Assembly (NCBI GenBank): GCA_963765575.1
Contig: CAVXWZ010000011.1
Span: forward strand, 576,001-640,000
Direction of reading: 5' to 3'
DNA length: 64,000 bases
Source of the DNA: an uncultured cyanobacterium
Lineage (GTDB): Bacteria; Cyanobacteriota; Cyanobacteriia; PCC-6307; Cyanobiaceae
The notes beneath the pieces are model-generated. The model worked only from the letters and a program-made list of their open reading frames with translations. It ran no database searches and was not told the DNA's origin. Every line of letters begins with the position of its first letter. Position 1 is the first letter of the stretch. This document shows, piece after piece, positions 9,567 through 19,355 of the stretch. A program made the translations under genes and the position numbers.

Positions 9567-11380
9567 GGCCGCCCGCCCATCCTCCAGCCCGGCCTCCGCC
9601 CTGTTCCCCCTGTCCCCCGCCTGTCCAGCCGCCTCGGCGTCCGCCCGTTCACCAGCCCTTGCCAAACCGTCGCCGCCTGTCCGGGTTGCTCGCCAGTCTG
9701 CTGGTGCTGCTACCCGTTGGCGGCCTGCCGCCGGCCCGGGCGGTGGAGGAGCTGGTGGTGCGCCTCGATGGCCTGGAGCTGCCGATCGATCTGCACGATC
9801 TGGATGCCTGGAGCCGCGATCCCACCCGCGTCAACAGCGACCAGGCCCAGTGGCTCAACCTGCTGGATGGCCGCTCCCGCCAGGGCTTGATCCGACTGTT
9901 GCGGGCGCCGCTGCTGAACGACCGCAGCTTCGCCACTGAACTGCTGGCCAGCTGGACCGGCGAGCAGATGCTGCGGCAGGTGGGGGGGCTGCTCACCGGC
10001 CCTCGGGGCGAGAGCACGGCGCCGCTGCTGATGGACAACCTGCGCCGGCTGTTCGAGCGCCAGACGTCGGTCACCGCCCTGGAAGTGCTGCGCGAACTGC
10101 CGGTCCGGCAGGTGACGCTGCAGGTCGATGGGGTGCTGGAGCTGGCGCAACACTGGCGTGAACTGCTGCAGTACCAGAAGCGTGCCGTGGCCCAGCTGCG
10201 CACGCTGGCGCTGCCGCTGCGCCTGTCCCGCCCGCTGCTGGTGGGGCGCCCCAGCGACCGCCCCCGTCGGCCCCAGCGCCTGCAGCTCAACGTGGCCCAC
10301 CGGCCGTCGCCGCTGCCGATCGACCTCTGGTCCGCCCGCGGCCCCGCCCGATCCGAGTCCCGACCCTGGCTGCTGCTGATGCCGGGTCTGGGCGGCAACA
10401 GCAGCCAGCTCAACTGGCTGGCGTCGGCGCTGGCGGAGCAGGGCTGGCCGGTGCTGGTGCTCGAGCATCCCGGCAGCGATGAACAGGCGGTGAAGGCGTC
10501 GCTGCTGGGGGAGGGGCCGCCGCCGGGGGCCGAATCGGTGCCCCTGCGGCTGGCGGACCTGCAGGCGGTGCTCAGCGCCCGCGCCGAAGAGCGCCTGCCG
10601 GCGCTGGGGCCTGACGGAGCCGGCGACGCCGGGGTGGTGCTGATGGGACATTCCCTTGGCGGTCTGGTGGCCCTGATGGCGGCCGGCCTGCTGCCACAGC
10701 AGGGACTCTCCGCCCGCTGCCAGCAGGCCCTGTCCTCGCTGCCGCTCACCAACCTCTCGCGGCTGCTGCAGTGCCAGCTGCCGGCCATCACCGGCGACGG
10801 CAGCCCCCGGCGGCCGGCGGCCGCTGAGGCGCAGGCTCCGCAGATGGCCGGCACCCCCCTGCTGGCGGTGGTGACGTTCAACGGCTTCGGCAGCCTGCTC
10901 TGGCCCGATGGGGGCCTGGCCGACCTGCCCGTGCCCGTGCTGATGGCGGGGGGGAGCCTCGATCTGATCACCCCGCCCGTGCAGGAGCAACTCAGCCTGC
11001 TGAGCGGCAGCCGCCATCCCCGCAGCCGTCTGGTGCTGGTGGATGGGGCAAGCCACTTCTCACCGGTGCATCTGAAGGCCGATGACGAAGCCCTCTTCAG
11101 CCTGGGGGAGGACTTCGTGGGGGAGGATCCGCAGCTGGTGCAGGAGCTGCTGCTGCAACTCACGATCGAGTTTCTGGAATCGGCCCGCCACCAGTCCCTG
11201 CTGATGCCCCAGCGCCGCCGCCATGGCGGTGTGGAGGCCTACGTGCTTGACCCGGAGGGTGCCCGGCGCTGGCAGCGCCGCCTGCCGCCCAGCCCGCGAC
11301 CGCTGCGGGCGGGTCCGCCGCTGCTCAGAACCGGATCCTCGGATCCAGCAGCGCCACCAGCAGATCCACCACCACCGTGA
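9548..11380 (+). CDS. alpha/beta hydrolase with N-terminal DUF1400-like domain
   Basis: MPGLGG, LEHPGSD, GHSLGG nucleophile elbow, GASHFS; start uncertain. Confidence 0.8.
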   Translation: MDGPHPWPPAHPPARPPPCSPCPPPVQPPRRPPVHQPLPNRRRLSGLLASLLVLLPVGGLPPARAVEELVVRLDGLELPIDLHDLDAWSRDPTRVNSDQAQWLNLLDGRSRQGLIRLLRAPLLNDRSFATELLASWTGEQMLRQVGGLLTGPRGESTAPLLMDNLRRLFERQTSVTALEVLRELPVRQVTLQVDGVLELAQHWRELLQYQKRAVAQLRTLALPLRLSRPLLVGRPSDRPRRPQRLQLNVAHRPSPLPIDLWSARGPARSESRPWLLLMPGLGGNSSQLNWLASALAEQGWPVLVLEHPGSDEQAVKASLLGEGPPPGAESVPLRLADLQAVLSARAEERLPALGPDGAGDAGVVLMGHSLGGLVALMAAGLLPQQGLSARCQQALSSLPLTNLSRLLQCQLPAITGDGSPRRPAAAEAQAPQMAGTPLLAVVTFNGFGSLLWPDGGLADLPVPVLMAGGSLDLITPPVQEQLSLLSGSRHPRSRLVLVDGASHFSPVHLKADDEALFSLGEDFVGEDPQLVQELLLQLTIEFLESARHQSLLMPQRRRHGGVEAYVLDPEGARRWQRRLPPSPRPLRAGPPLLRTGSSDPAAPPADPPPP

Positions 11381-12356
11381 CCAGCACCACCAGGGCGGCC
11401 ACCACCACCACAATGCCCTGCACCAGCGGGTAATCACGCTGCGCGATCGCCTCCTGCAGGCGTGCGGCGATGCCCGGCCAGGAGTAGGTGACCTCGATCA
11501 GCAGGGCCCCTCCGATCAGCGAGGCCACGGTGATGCCGGTGATCGTGAGCACCGGCAGCAGGGCATTGGGCAGGGCATGGCGCAGGACCACCCGGGCCTC
11601 CCCGAGGCCGCGGCTGCGGGCCGCCTCGACGTAGTCGGAGGCCAGGGCCCGGCGCAGGTTGAGCCGCAGCGCGTTGGTGAAGATCCCGCTCAGCAGCAGC
11701 GCCAGGGTGCCGGCCGGCAACAGCAGGTGGCGGATGGTGCCGCTGAGTTGCTGCCATTCCCCCCGGCTCAGGCCGCTGCGCAGGCTCTCGAACAGGTAGA
11801 AGCCGGAGCCCTGGGGTGGCAGCAACGTGGGTGGGAAGCGGCCTCCCACCGGCAACCAGCCCAGCCAGACGGCAAAGATCAGCTGCACCACCATCGCTGC
11901 CCAGAAGGGCGGCAGGGCGTAGGTACCGATGCCGTAGAGCCGGCCGGCGAGATCGAGCTTGCCTTCCGGCCGGGCGATGCCGGAAAAGCCCACCGCCAGC
12001 CCCAGCACCGCGGCCAGCAGCAGGGCCGTCAGTCCCAGCTCCATGGAGGCCGGCAGGCTCTGGCCGATGATCCGGCTCACCGGTTCCTGGTTGTTGAGCG
12101 ATTCGCCCAGATCGCCGCGCAGGAGATCCAGCAGAAAGTTCCCGTACTGCTGCAGCAGGGGCTGGTCCAGGCCCAGCCGGCTGCGCAGGGCGGCCCGGGC
12201 CGCCTCCGGGGCACGGGTGCCGAGCACCGCATCCACCGGGTCGCCGGGGGCCACCCGCAGCAGGAGAAACACCAGGCTGGCGATCAGCCACAGCATCACC
12301 GGCACCAGCGCCAGGCGAGCGGCCAGGTAGCGGGCCAGGGCGCGGCGACGACTCAT
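11325..12356 (-). CDS. peptide/nickel ABC transporter permease (DppB/OppB-like)
   Basis: APGDPV, LGLDQPLLQQY, DYVEAARSRGL (EAA loop), HALPNALLP, RDYPLVQG. Confidence 0.93.
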   Translation of the reverse strand: MSRRRALARYLAARLALVPVMLWLIASLVFLLLRVAPGDPVDAVLGTRAPEAARAALRSRLGLDQPLLQQYGNFLLDLLRGDLGESLNNQEPVSRIIGQSLPASMELGLTALLLAAVLGLAVGFSGIARPEGKLDLAGRLYGIGTYALPPFWAAMVVQLIFAVWLGWLPVGGRFPPTLLPPQGSGFYLFESLRSGLSRGEWQQLSGTIRHLLLPAGTLALLLSGIFTNALRLNLRRALASDYVEAARSRGLGEARVVLRHALPNALLPVLTITGITVASLIGGALLIEVTYSWPGIAARLQEAIAQRDYPLVQGIVVVVAALVVLVTVVVDLLVALLDPRIRF

Positions 12357-13942
12357 GGCAGCCGCTGCAGGTCCTGCAGCAGCAGGCGGCCGTTGCCGTC
12401 GAAGCGGGGTGCCGCAACCCAGCTCTGGGCCCAGGCCCGCGGCCTCACCAGCCAGAGGGGCAGATAGGGGACGGCGGCGGCTGCCCGCTGCTCAATGCTC
12501 TGGAGCAGTTGCAGGCGCGCGCTCCCCGTCAGCCCCTCGCTGCGCAGCAGGTCCTCCTGCAGCCCGGGTGCGGTCCAGAAGCTGCCGCTCAGGGCGCTCT
12601 CGCCCCTGAGGCAGTGCTCGCCTTCGGCTTCGCTGCAGCTGAGCAGGGGGAACAGGTAGGCCTCCGGGTCGCGCACCGCTCCGCGCCAGTCGAGCATCAC
12701 GGCGGGGAAGGCGCCCTCTCCGAGCTGCCGGTACACCGTGGTGGATTCCATGCCATTGGGCTGCAGGGCGATGCAGTCGTCCAGGTCGCGGGCCAACTGG
12801 GCCTGCCAGGTGAGCACCATCAGGCGGTCGGAGGGGATGTTGGAGCGGAAGGTGAGTGGCAGCTCCAGCACCCGGCCGTCGCAGTAGCCCGCCTGCCGGA
12901 ACAGGCTGCGAGCCTGCTCAGGGTCGTAGGACGGCCAGCTCTGGCGAGCCGCGGGGTTCACCGCCGACGGCACCAGGTCGCGCAGGGGACGGCGCAGCCC
13001 CTGGCTCACCCGCTCGGTGATCAGCTCCCGATCGAGGCTATGGGCCAGCGCCTGCCGCAACCCAACCGTGTTGAAGGGCGGCTGGTTGGTGTGCAGGGTG
13101 ATGTAGCCGATCTCCAGGGCCGGACCCTGGCCCTGCCGCAGCTGTCCCTGGCCGGCCCGTTGCTCCAGGGCGTGCTGGTGGTCCTCATGCAGGCCGGTGG
13201 ACAGCAGCACATCCACCTCACCGCTGCCCATGGCGCCGAAGAGGGCGGTGGAATTGCCCAGGCTGACCAGCACGATGCCGTCGTTGCGGGGTGGGGCTCC
13301 CCAGTAGCGCTGGAACGGTTCCAGCCGCTGCTGCTGATCGCTGAAGAAGCTGAGCCGGTAGGGGCCGGTGCCCACGAAGCGATCACTCAGGGCCCGGTCG
13401 CCGTGGTTCCGGTAGGCCTGGGGGGAGACGGGGGTGAGATTGATCGTGCCCAGCAACTGGGGCAGCACGGTGGTGGGGCGTTTGAGCCGCAGTTCCAGCT
13501 CATGGGAGCCGCTGGCGCGCACGGACTCGATGCGCCCATCGAGCAGGTAACTGAGGGTGCCGATCGCCAGGAAACGCTCCAGGCTGAAGACCATGGCCGC
13601 CGCATCGAAGCGAGTGCCGTCGTGGAACAGCACATCGCGGCGCAGCGGAATCGTCACCGTCAGGCCGTCGGTGCTGACGCTCGGCAGTGCGCTGGCCAGG
13701 GCCGGCACCATGCTGCCGTCTTCGGCCAGGCGATAGAGGGGATCGCCGATGGCGCTGAGCAGCTGGGTGGCCCCGAAGGTGGAGGCCCGCACCGGGTCCA
13801 CCGAGCCCACCCGGGCGCTGGTGGCCACCACCAGATTGGCGCCGGCCGCCATGCGGGATGGGCCCCGACAGCCGGACAGCAGCAGGGCAGCGGCAGCAAC
13901 GAGTGACCAGCGTCTGAACGTCAGTCGCAACAACCGTGGCAA
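12353..13942 (-). CDS. ABC transporter substrate-binding lipoprotein, family 5
   Basis: Lipobox LLSGC, FHDGTRFDA, GTGPYRL; TTG start at 13942 is approximate. Confidence 0.9.
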   Translation of the reverse strand: MPRLLRLTFRRWSLVAAAALLLSGCRGPSRMAAGANLVVATSARVGSVDPVRASTFGATQLLSAIGDPLYRLAEDGSMVPALASALPSVSTDGLTVTIPLRRDVLFHDGTRFDAAAMVFSLERFLAIGTLSYLLDGRIESVRASGSHELELRLKRPTTVLPQLLGTINLTPVSPQAYRNHGDRALSDRFVGTGPYRLSFFSDQQQRLEPFQRYWGAPPRNDGIVLVSLGNSTALFGAMGSGEVDVLLSTGLHEDHQHALEQRAGQGQLRQGQGPALEIGYITLHTNQPPFNTVGLRQALAHSLDRELITERVSQGLRRPLRDLVPSAVNPAARQSWPSYDPEQARSLFRQAGYCDGRVLELPLTFRSNIPSDRLMVLTWQAQLARDLDDCIALQPNGMESTTVYRQLGEGAFPAVMLDWRGAVRDPEAYLFPLLSCSEAEGEHCLRGESALSGSFWTAPGLQEDLLRSEGLTGSARLQLLQSIEQRAAAAVPYLPLWLVRPRAWAQSWVAAPRFDGNGRLLLQDLQRLP

Positions 13943-13970
13943 GGGGGAAGGGTCAGCAGAGCGCCGCCAT

Positions 13971-14183
13971 TCAAGAGCGATGGGGTCGGGCTGGCCGGAC
14001 CTGCTGCAGGGAAATTTCAAACACTTCTGAGCCGTGCCGGGCCAGGGGCCAGCGCCGCAGCCAGCAGCGGTCATGGTGGTCGTCCACGCCGATCACCTGG
14101 TAGGTCTGGTCGTCGTAGTCGAGCAGCACGCAGTCTCCCTGGATGGGAGTGACGCTGGGGAGTTGGCAGAAAAGGGTTGTCAT
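13971..14183 (-). CDS. small hypothetical protein (70 aa)
   Basis: ATG start, GC3-rich codons, globular-looking sequence YQVIGVDDHHDRCWLRRWP. Confidence 0.7.
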   Translation of the reverse strand: MTTLFCQLPSVTPIQGDCVLLDYDDQTYQVIGVDDHHDRCWLRRWPLARHGSEVFEISLQQVRPARPHRS

Positions 14184-14230
14184 GAACAGGTCATGAAGTG
14201 GGTCTTGGAGGAGTGAACAGACCGTCCAGA

Positions 14231-14277
14231 CGAGCTTGGACGGGTAGAGCGAGCTTGGACCGGTAGGGCGAGGCTTG
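14231..14277. repeat. 19-bp imperfect tandem repeat, about 2.5 copies, in intergenic DNA
   Basis: CGAGCTTGGACGGGTAGAG CGAGCTTGGACCGGTAGGG CGAGGCTTG. Confidence 0.85.
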
Positions 14278-14418
14278 TCGGCTCAGGGGGGGGGCGGCAA
14301 GCCTTAAGGATTCCTTCGGATCAAACTCCACCCATGCTGCCTCGCTCCTGCCCCGTGGCATCCCCCCATGACGATTTGCGCATCTGATCGGGCTGATCAG
14401 CAGCGCCCCACCAGCGCC

Positions 14419-15774
14419 TCAGAGGGTGCGCAGGCAGGCGGCCACCCCGTCCACCTCGGGCAGGGCCGCAATGGCATCGAGGGCCTGGCGGAAGTGGGCC
14501 TCCAGCACTTCATGGGTGACCACAACGATCTCGGCGGCGTCGCTGTCGGCCTGGAACTGCACGATCGACTGGATCGACACTCCCGCTTGCCCGAAGCAGG
14601 TGCCGATCCGGCCGATCACCCCCGCCTGGTCGCTGGTGCGCAGGCGCACGTAGTTGCGATGGGTGGTGCGGCAGCCATCGATCAGCCGGCACTGCCTCCA
14701 GCTACCCGCCGCCAGCAACGGATCGATGCCGGCCCGGGCCCCGCCCGCGCCCACGGTGCCGGTGGCCTGGCGGATGCCGGCGATGTTGAGGATGTCGGCC
14801 ACCACGGCGGAGGCGGTGGGCCCTGCTCCGGCCCCCGGGCCGTAGAACATCACCTGACCCACCGGATCGCCCTCCACCAGGATCGCGTTGAACACGCCGT
14901 TCACCCCCGCCAACGGATGGCTGCGGGGCAGCAGGGTGGGGTGAACCCGGACATCCAGCAGCTGGCAGCCGGGCTGCGAGGCCGGCTCGCTGGCCACCTG
15001 TGAAGCCGCCTCCGTTTCGATCAGCTGCGACACCGCCAGCAACTTCACCACAAAGCCGAGCTTGTCGGCGTAGGCCACATCGCGGGCATCGAGCTGGTCG
15101 ATGCCTTCGGTGGGGATGTCCTCCCGGGGCACCGAGCCTCCATAGGCCAGGCCCGTGAGGATGGCGATCTTGTCGGCGGCGTCAGCGCCCTGCACATCGG
15201 CGCCGGGATCGGCCTCGGCATAGCCGAGCTGCTGGGCGTCGGCCAGCACCTCGCCGTAGTCGGCCCCCTCGGCCGCCATGCGGCTGAGGATGTAATTGGT
15301 CGTGCCGTTGATGATGCCGCTCACCCTGCGGATGCGGTTGGCGCCGAGGGACTGCTTCAGGGGTTCGATGATCGGGATGCCGCCGCCCACGGCCGCCTCC
15401 AGCAGCACGTAGACCCCGGCGGCGGCGGCGGCGGCGGCGATCTCTTCACCGTGGCGGGCGATCACGGCCTTGTTGGCGGTGACCACGGGTTTGCCGGCGC
15501 TGATCGCCCGCAGGATCAGGGTGCGGGCTGGTTCCAGGCCGCCGATCACCTCCACCACGATGTCCACCGCCGGGTCGTCCACCACCGCCTCGGCATCGGT
15601 GGTCAACAACTCGGCGGCCAGGGGCAGCGGCCGGGCCCGGTTCAGGTCCCGCACCGCCACCCGTCGCAGCGCCAATTGGGCCACCAGCGGGTGGCGACCC
15701 TCCGGGCTGGCCAGGATCTCGGCAACCCCTGCTCCCACCGTGCCGAGGCCGAGCAGGCCGATGCCGATCGTCAT
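14419..15774 (-). CDS. hom: homoserine dehydrogenase with C-terminal ACT domain
   Basis: GLGTVG, VVTANKA, EAAVGGGIP, NGTTNYIL, GYAEADP, GPGAGAGPTASAV. Confidence 0.96.
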   Translation of the reverse strand: MTIGIGLLGLGTVGAGVAEILASPEGRHPLVAQLALRRVAVRDLNRARPLPLAAELLTTDAEAVVDDPAVDIVVEVIGGLEPARTLILRAISAGKPVVTANKAVIARHGEEIAAAAAAAGVYVLLEAAVGGGIPIIEPLKQSLGANRIRRVSGIINGTTNYILSRMAAEGADYGEVLADAQQLGYAEADPGADVQGADAADKIAILTGLAYGGSVPREDIPTEGIDQLDARDVAYADKLGFVVKLLAVSQLIETEAASQVASEPASQPGCQLLDVRVHPTLLPRSHPLAGVNGVFNAILVEGDPVGQVMFYGPGAGAGPTASAVVADILNIAGIRQATGTVGAGGARAGIDPLLAAGSWRQCRLIDGCRTTHRNYVRLRTSDQAGVIGRIGTCFGQAGVSIQSIVQFQADSDAAEIVVVTHEVLEAHFRQALDAIAALPEVDGVAACLRTL

Positions 15775-15808
15775 GGGCTGGGAACGTGCAGTCAGTCGAT
15801 CCTAGAAA

Positions 15809-16243
15809 TCAGCCCGCCAGGGCCTTGGCCTGGGCCTGCATCAAGCGCAGGATGTTCAGGAAGCCGTTGGCGCGGGAGGGGGTGAGGCTGGCCTGCAGGC
15901 CGGTGGCGGCGATGAAATCGGGTTCGATGGCCAGGGCCTGCTGGGGGCTGAGGCCTTCGAGGCCCTCGATCAACAGGGCCAACAACCCCTTGGTGATGGC
16001 GGCATCGGAGTCGCCCTGCCAGTGCAGCGTGCCGTCCTCCAGCTTGCCCACCACGTACACCTGGGAGACACAGCCCTTCACCTTGAAGGCGTCATTGCGG
16101 AACTCCGCGGGCAGGGGTTGGAGCTTCTTGGCCAGCCAGAGCACGTATTCGTAGCGGCGCCGGGCGTCGGCGGTGCTCGCCAGACGCTCGACGATGCGGT
16201 CGAGGGCGTCACTGCCCGTGGCGATGGTGCGGGACTCGGCCAT
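15809..16243 (-). CDS. sufE: SufE family Fe-S sulfur acceptor
   Basis: KVKGCVSQV, GDSDAAITKGL, LTPSRANGF. Confidence 0.93.
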   Translation of the reverse strand: MAESRTIATGSDALDRIVERLASTADARRRYEYVLWLAKKLQPLPAEFRNDAFKVKGCVSQVYVVGKLEDGTLHWQGDSDAAITKGLLALLIEGLEGLSPQQALAIEPDFIAATGLQASLTPSRANGFLNILRLMQAQAKALAG

Positions 16244-16798
16244 TCAGCGCCGCCGGCGCTTGAGCAGCATGGCGCTGGCGGCCGCCAGGCCCATGGCCAG
16301 GCCCCCCACCAGCGGCAGGGGGGCTCCAGCCGGCCGCTGGGCCAGCAGCCGGCCGAGGCCCCTGGAGGAGAGCCCGTCACTCCAGCCGGCAGGCGCCGCC
16401 GAGGCCCCGTCGGCGTCCTGCGGGGCAGGGCCATCGCTGAGCTCGGCCAGGCCGAGGTAGTCGCGGTGGCCAGGGCCGGCATCCACCTGCACTTCCCACT
16501 CCTCGGAGAGCTCAGCGGGAAGCTCAAAGCGCAGTTTGCCCTGGGCATCGGTGCGCCCCATTTCGATCGTCTCGCCGTCGCCACGCCAGAGCCGCACCAC
16601 GGCATCGTCGGCCGGTTCACCGCTGCTGAATTCGCTCTGCAGCAGAAACTCGCGGCGAACCTGCTCACCCAGGGGAGAGATGGTCTCCAGGTTGCTCTGG
16701 ATGCCGTGGCTCCAGGAAGGGCCGTGGCCCAGGGCGCCGAGGGCACAGGCCCCGAGGGCGAGGAACCGGAGGCTGAAGTGGGGACGGGGGGTGGGCAT
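16244..16798 (-). CDS. exported membrane-anchored protein with a beta-sandwich-like domain; possible metal-uptake accessory protein
   Basis: Signal peptide ending at WSHG, FSSGEPADDAVV, GRTDAQG, VDAGPGHRDYL, C-terminal TM plus KRRRR. Confidence 0.7.
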   Translation of the reverse strand: MPTPRPHFSLRFLALGACALGALGHGPSWSHGIQSNLETISPLGEQVRREFLLQSEFSSGEPADDAVVRLWRGDGETIEMGRTDAQGKLRFELPAELSEEWEVQVDAGPGHRDYLGLAELSDGPAPQDADGASAAPAGWSDGLSSRGLGRLLAQRPAGAPLPLVGGLAMGLAAASAMLLKRRRR

Positions 16799-16812
16799 GG
16801 GTGAAGCGGCGG

Positions 16813-17007
16813 TCAGCTGTCCTTCCAGCGACTGTCGCGCGTCTTGCCCGCCTGGACCATGCGGACCACCGAACTCACCATCATCGAGAGGGCGTCGTGG
16901 GACTCACCGCGGGCTCCGAGTTCGGCGGCCAGCACCCGATCGGAGGCGCTGGGGGCCGCTGGAGCGACGCTGAGCGAGATGTCCGGACGGGTGGAGGACA
17001 GATTCAC
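16813..17007 (-). CDS. small hypothetical protein (about 64 aa)
   Basis: GTG at 17007 in frame with DRVLAAELGARGESHDALSMMVSSVVRMVQAGK; fills the gap in a minus-strand gene run. Confidence 0.55.
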   Translation of the reverse strand: MNLSSTRPDISLSVAPAAPSASDRVLAAELGARGESHDALSMMVSSVVRMVQAGKTRDSRWKDS

Positions 17008-17164
17008 GGCGAGCGCCAGTGCACTGGTGGGGATCCTCGCAAAGGCGGGCGGGCTGCGCGGCGATCCGGCGAGGTTTGTGAAGATTGTGACGATGCCGCC
17101 CAGGCTGGACGCCGTTTTCCCTGGTGATGACAGGAGGCCATGGCAGCTGGTTATGGAAATTGGC

Positions 17165-17788
17165 TTACGGAACCACTGGCGGCTCGCGGCCGATGTCGTC
17201 AGTGCAGGTGCTGTGCCCGAGCCCCCGTTCGCTGATCCAGCCCGCAAAGGGCACATCCCAGGGATCTTGAGGCAACCGCTGCACCAGACAGCCGGCGGGC
17301 AGCACCGCCAGCGCCGGCACGTGACGCCAGTCGGGCAGGCCACGCAGCCGGTCGTACCAGCCGCCGCCGTAGCCCAGCCGCAGCCCCTGCCGATCGATCG
17401 CCAGGGCCGGCACCAGCAGCAGCGCCAGCTCGCCGGCGGCCAGTTCGCCCGCTGATGCCGGAGGTGCGGGCACAGCGCAGGCATCGAGCTGCAGGGTGTC
17501 GGCCGGTTGCCAGGGGCGGTAAAGCAGCCGGCCGCCGGCCACGGCCGGCAGGGCCAGCCGCCCGGCCAGGGCGGGGGACCCGGCCAGGGGGCGCAGGTCG
17601 ATCTCCCCGGCCAGGGGCCAATAGAGACCCACCCGGCCGCTCCCCGCCGCCTGGCGGGCCAGCACCGCCGCCACCTGGGCGCGGATCGCCGCCTCGCTGC
17701 GGCTGAGCAGGTGCTGCCGTCGTGCCCGGAACTGGCGCCGCAGCGCCGCTTTGTCGGGGTGAGCGGAAGGCAGGGGCGGGTCTATCAC
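17165..17788 (-). CDS. 5-formyltetrahydrofolate cyclo-ligase
   Basis: KAALRRQFRARR, LVPALAIDRQGLRLGYGGGWYDR, DPWD. Confidence 0.93.
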   Translation of the reverse strand: MIDPPLPSAHPDKAALRRQFRARRQHLLSRSEAAIRAQVAAVLARQAAGSGRVGLYWPLAGEIDLRPLAGSPALAGRLALPAVAGGRLLYRPWQPADTLQLDACAVPAPPASAGELAAGELALLLVPALAIDRQGLRLGYGGGWYDRLRGLPDWRHVPALAVLPAGCLVQRLPQDPWDVPFAGWISERGLGHSTCTDDIGREPPVVP

Positions 17789-18253
17789 TCAGCGCTGGAA
17801 CCAGCCCGTCAGGGCGGCGGCCAGGGCATCGGCGGCATCGTCGGGCCGCGGTGGGCGGTCCAGTTGCAGCTCCCGCATCACCGCTTCCAGCACCTCCTGC
17901 TTGTCAGCGTGGCCATTGCCGGTGAGGGCCTGCTTGATCTGCATGGGGGGGTACTCGGCCACCGGCACGCCGAAGCGGGCCAGGGTCATCAGCAGCACCC
18001 CTCGGGCCTGCACCACGGCGATGGTGGTGCTGGAGCGGTAGAAGAAGAACTTCTCCACCACCGCCAGATCGGGCCGCCAGCCCCGCAGCAGCACCCGCAG
18101 GTCGCGGGCGATCTCCAGCATGCGCGCGCCCTCGCTGGCGCCGGGCTCGGTGCGCAGGATGCCGCAATCCAGCAGATGCTGGGCCGTGCCGGCGATCTCG
18201 ATGACCCCATAGCCCACCCGGGCGAGGCCGGGATCGATGCCGAGGATGCGCAC
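17789..18253 (-). CDS. ruvC: Holliday junction resolvase RuvC
   Basis: ILGIDPG, VEKFFF, QARGV, KQALTGNGHADK, DDAADALA. Confidence 0.96.
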   Translation of the reverse strand: MRILGIDPGLARVGYGVIEIAGTAQHLLDCGILRTEPGASEGARMLEIARDLRVLLRGWRPDLAVVEKFFFYRSSTTIAVVQARGVLLMTLARFGVPVAEYPPMQIKQALTGNGHADKQEVLEAVMRELQLDRPPRPDDAADALAAALTGWFQR

Positions 18254-18266
18254 CTGCTGGCCGTCC

Positions 18267-19355
18267 CTAGGCCGCCAGGGCCAGCTCGAAGGCGCTGCGG
18301 TCGGCCGCTTCGGGCCGCTCGAACACCTTGCAGAACACCTTCACCACCCGATCGCCGGAGTCGATCTGCTCCAGGGGGTCCTTGCGCAGCCGGTGGCGCA
18401 GGCAGCAGGCGGCCACCCGGGCCACGTCGTCTTCAGTGACCTCGGTGTGGCCCTCAAAGGCGGCCAGGGCGCGGGCGGCCCGGTTGGTGACGATGTCACC
18501 GCGGAGACCATCCACATCCAGCTCGCCGCAGATGGCGGAGATGCGGATGCGCAGGTCATCGTCGATCTGCACCTGGGGCAGCCGCTGCTGAGCCTCCACA
18601 ACCCTGGCCTGCAGGGCTTCCTGGACGGCCTGCATGGCGGCGTTGAAGCCCTCGGGGTCGCTGTCGAAGCTGGTGCGCTGGTCCACCACCTGCACGCGCA
18701 GCTCCGGATCCCGCACCGTGCGCACCTCCACGCTCATGCCGAAGCGATCCAGCAGCTGGGGCCGCAGCTCGCCCTCCTCGGGGTTGCCGGAGCCGATCAG
18801 CACAAAGCGGGCCGGGTGGCGCACGCTCACCCCCTCGCGCTCCACCGTGTTCCAGCCCGAAGCGGCCGAATCGAGCAGCACGTCCACGAGGTGGTCGTCC
18901 AGCAGGTTCACCTCGTCCACGTAGAGCAGGCCGCGGTTGGCCTTGGCCAGCAGCCCGGGCTCAAAGGCGCGCACGCCCTCACTGAGGGCTTTTTCAATGT
19001 CGATCGTGCCGCAGAGCCGGTCCTCGGTGGCCCCCAGGGGCAGGTCGACCATCGGCACCTGGCGCCGCTCGATCGGCAGCTCCACCCCCTGCTCCAGCCG
19101 CTGGCGCACCTCCTCGCTCTGCAGATCGGGATCCTGCGGTGAACTGTTGTAGAGATCGCCCTCCACCACTTCGATTTCGGGTAGCAGATCGGCCAGGGCC
19201 CGGATCGCGGTGCTCTTGCCCGTGCCCCGGTCACCCATGATCATCACGCCGCCGATGCGCGGGTCGATGACGTTGAGCAGCAGGGCCAGTTTCATCTCCT
19301 CCTGGCCCACGATCGCGGTGAACGGGAAGACCCTGCGCTGGCGGACTGGCGTCAC
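18267..19355 (-). CDS. chlI: magnesium chelatase ATPase subunit I
   Basis: [44 protein letters not shown]. Confidence 0.98.
   Translation of the reverse strand: MTPVRQRRVFPFTAIVGQEEMKLALLLNVIDPRIGGVMIMGDRGTGKSTAIRALADLLPEIEVVEGDLYNSSPQDPDLQSEEVRQRLEQGVELPIERRQVPMVDLPLGATEDRLCGTIDIEKALSEGVRAFEPGLLAKANRGLLYVDEVNLLDDHLVDVLLDSAASGWNTVEREGVSVRHPARFVLIGSGNPEEGELRPQLLDRFGMSVEVRTVRDPELRVQVVDQRTSFDSDPEGFNAAMQAVQEALQARVVEAQQRLPQVQIDDDLRIRISAICGELDVDGLRGDIVTNRAARALAAFEGHTEVTEDDVARVAACCLRHRLRKDPLEQIDSGDRVVKVFCKVFERPEAADRSAFELALAA

Noticed and set aside
16800..17165. Possible cobalamin riboswitch upstream of the putative metal-uptake gene
   Set aside because: No B12-box or other riboswitch core was recognisable; most of the interval reads as a small coding ORF on the minus strand
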